Below are positions 17,308 to 17,726 of a DNA stretch of 17,726 nt, piece by piece. Origin of the DNA: an uncultured bacterium. GTDB lineage: Bacteria; Hydrogenedentota; Hydrogenedentia; Hydrogenedentales; JAEUWI01. Under the pieces are notes generated by a model that did no database searches, was not told where the DNA came from, and saw only the letters and a program-made list of their open reading frames with translations. Location: assembly GCA_963977445.1 (NCBI GenBank), contig CAXBPH010000138.1, forward strand, positions 1 through 17,726, read 5' to 3'. Positions within the stretch are counted from its first letter, which is position 1; the number at the start of each line of letters is the position of its first letter. The position numbers and the translations under genes are program-made.

Positions 17308-17695
17308 GGGGGCGCGAATTTCCGACACGCGCGGCACGCTTCCTAAGTCGCCCGTATTTTCATACGTTCGTCCCTCCGAAAAACAAAGGGGGATGACCAT
17401 TCACGCCACGGCGCGTCTAGACCTGCCTGACACAAAGCCCACTCAATGAGGAAAGGGGCCCGTGAAACTCTTGGCCGCCTGAGGTGCCCAAGTCGTGTTT
17501 TCCCGGGCCTGGTGGATCATTGGTACATACCAACGGGCCACGCCCATATTCGCGTGAGCCCTGTCTCAGACAAGTCATGACGCGCCGTGGCGGGAATGTC
17601 TAAGCCCCTGTTGGTCGGCTTCCCGCCCGCCGCATGGGGGCGCGAATTTCCACACGCGCGGCACAAAGGGGGATGACCATTCCCGCTCACGCCAC
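17308..17695 (+). repeat. Direct repeat pair (17308-17409 and 17636-17695); copy 1 carries an extra 47 nt
   Basis: Both copies share GGGGGCGCGAATTTCC(G)ACACGCGCGGCAC and AAAGGGGGATGACCATTC...ACGCCAC. In copy 1 these blocks are separated by 17338-17384; in copy 2 they are contiguous. Confidence 0.85.
17395..17600. repeat. Long imperfect inverted repeat (~53-bp arms) enclosing a second hairpin
   Basis: Left arm 17395-17447 is GACCATTCACGCCACGGCGCGTCTAGACCTGCCTGACACAAAGCCCACTCAAT. The reverse complement of 17548-17600 is GACATTCCCGCCACGGCGCGTCATGACTTGTCTGAGACAGGGCTCACGCGAAT. Confidence 0.85.
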
Positions 17696-17726
17696 ATAGC
17701 GCCCATCCTCCAAGGCCCGACATTGT

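Noticed and set aside
17041..17723. ORFs 17141-17449 (+), 17041-17400 (-) and 17517-17723 (-)
   Set aside because: They run through palindromic repeats and have no RBS or domain signal. The similarity IHATARLDL / IPATARHDL merely reflects the DNA inverted repeat.
17250..17726. CRISPR array
   Set aside because: There are only two degenerate copies of each unit, the spacing is irregular, orientation is mixed and there are no cas genes.

Overview
Bacterial genomic window. The (Glu-Gly)n linker protein at the left edge is reminiscent of Candidatus Hydrogenedentota; this is recalled, not verified. From left to right it holds: (1) the 3' end of a surface-type protein missed by the ORF track, with (EG)20, a pair of EF-hands and a GGC...GD-transmembrane-basic C-terminal tail; (2) a large exported GH42-like protein whose presumed acid/base Glu seems to be missing; (3) a ~9.5 kb, 11-gene chemosensory operon behind a near-consensus sigma70 promoter: cheA-cheW-cheX-cheY-cheD-cheR-cheD-HDOD-cheY-like-cheX-cheB, with no chemoreceptor in the window; (4) a convergent single-domain response regulator and a ytxJ/brxC gene on the minus strand; (5) miaB and ybaN; (6) two non-coding stretches full of hairpins, REP-like units and nested inverted/direct repeats. 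The most striking feature is the CheA. It has two His-bearing Hpt domains and, where P2 normally sits, four tandem 24-aa MshEN-like motifs. This suggests a c-di-GMP-responsive, two-branch chemosensory system with duplicated CheY/CheX/CheD modules and an HDOD protein whose HD motif is mutated. All functional statements are inferred from motifs read by eye; no searches were run.
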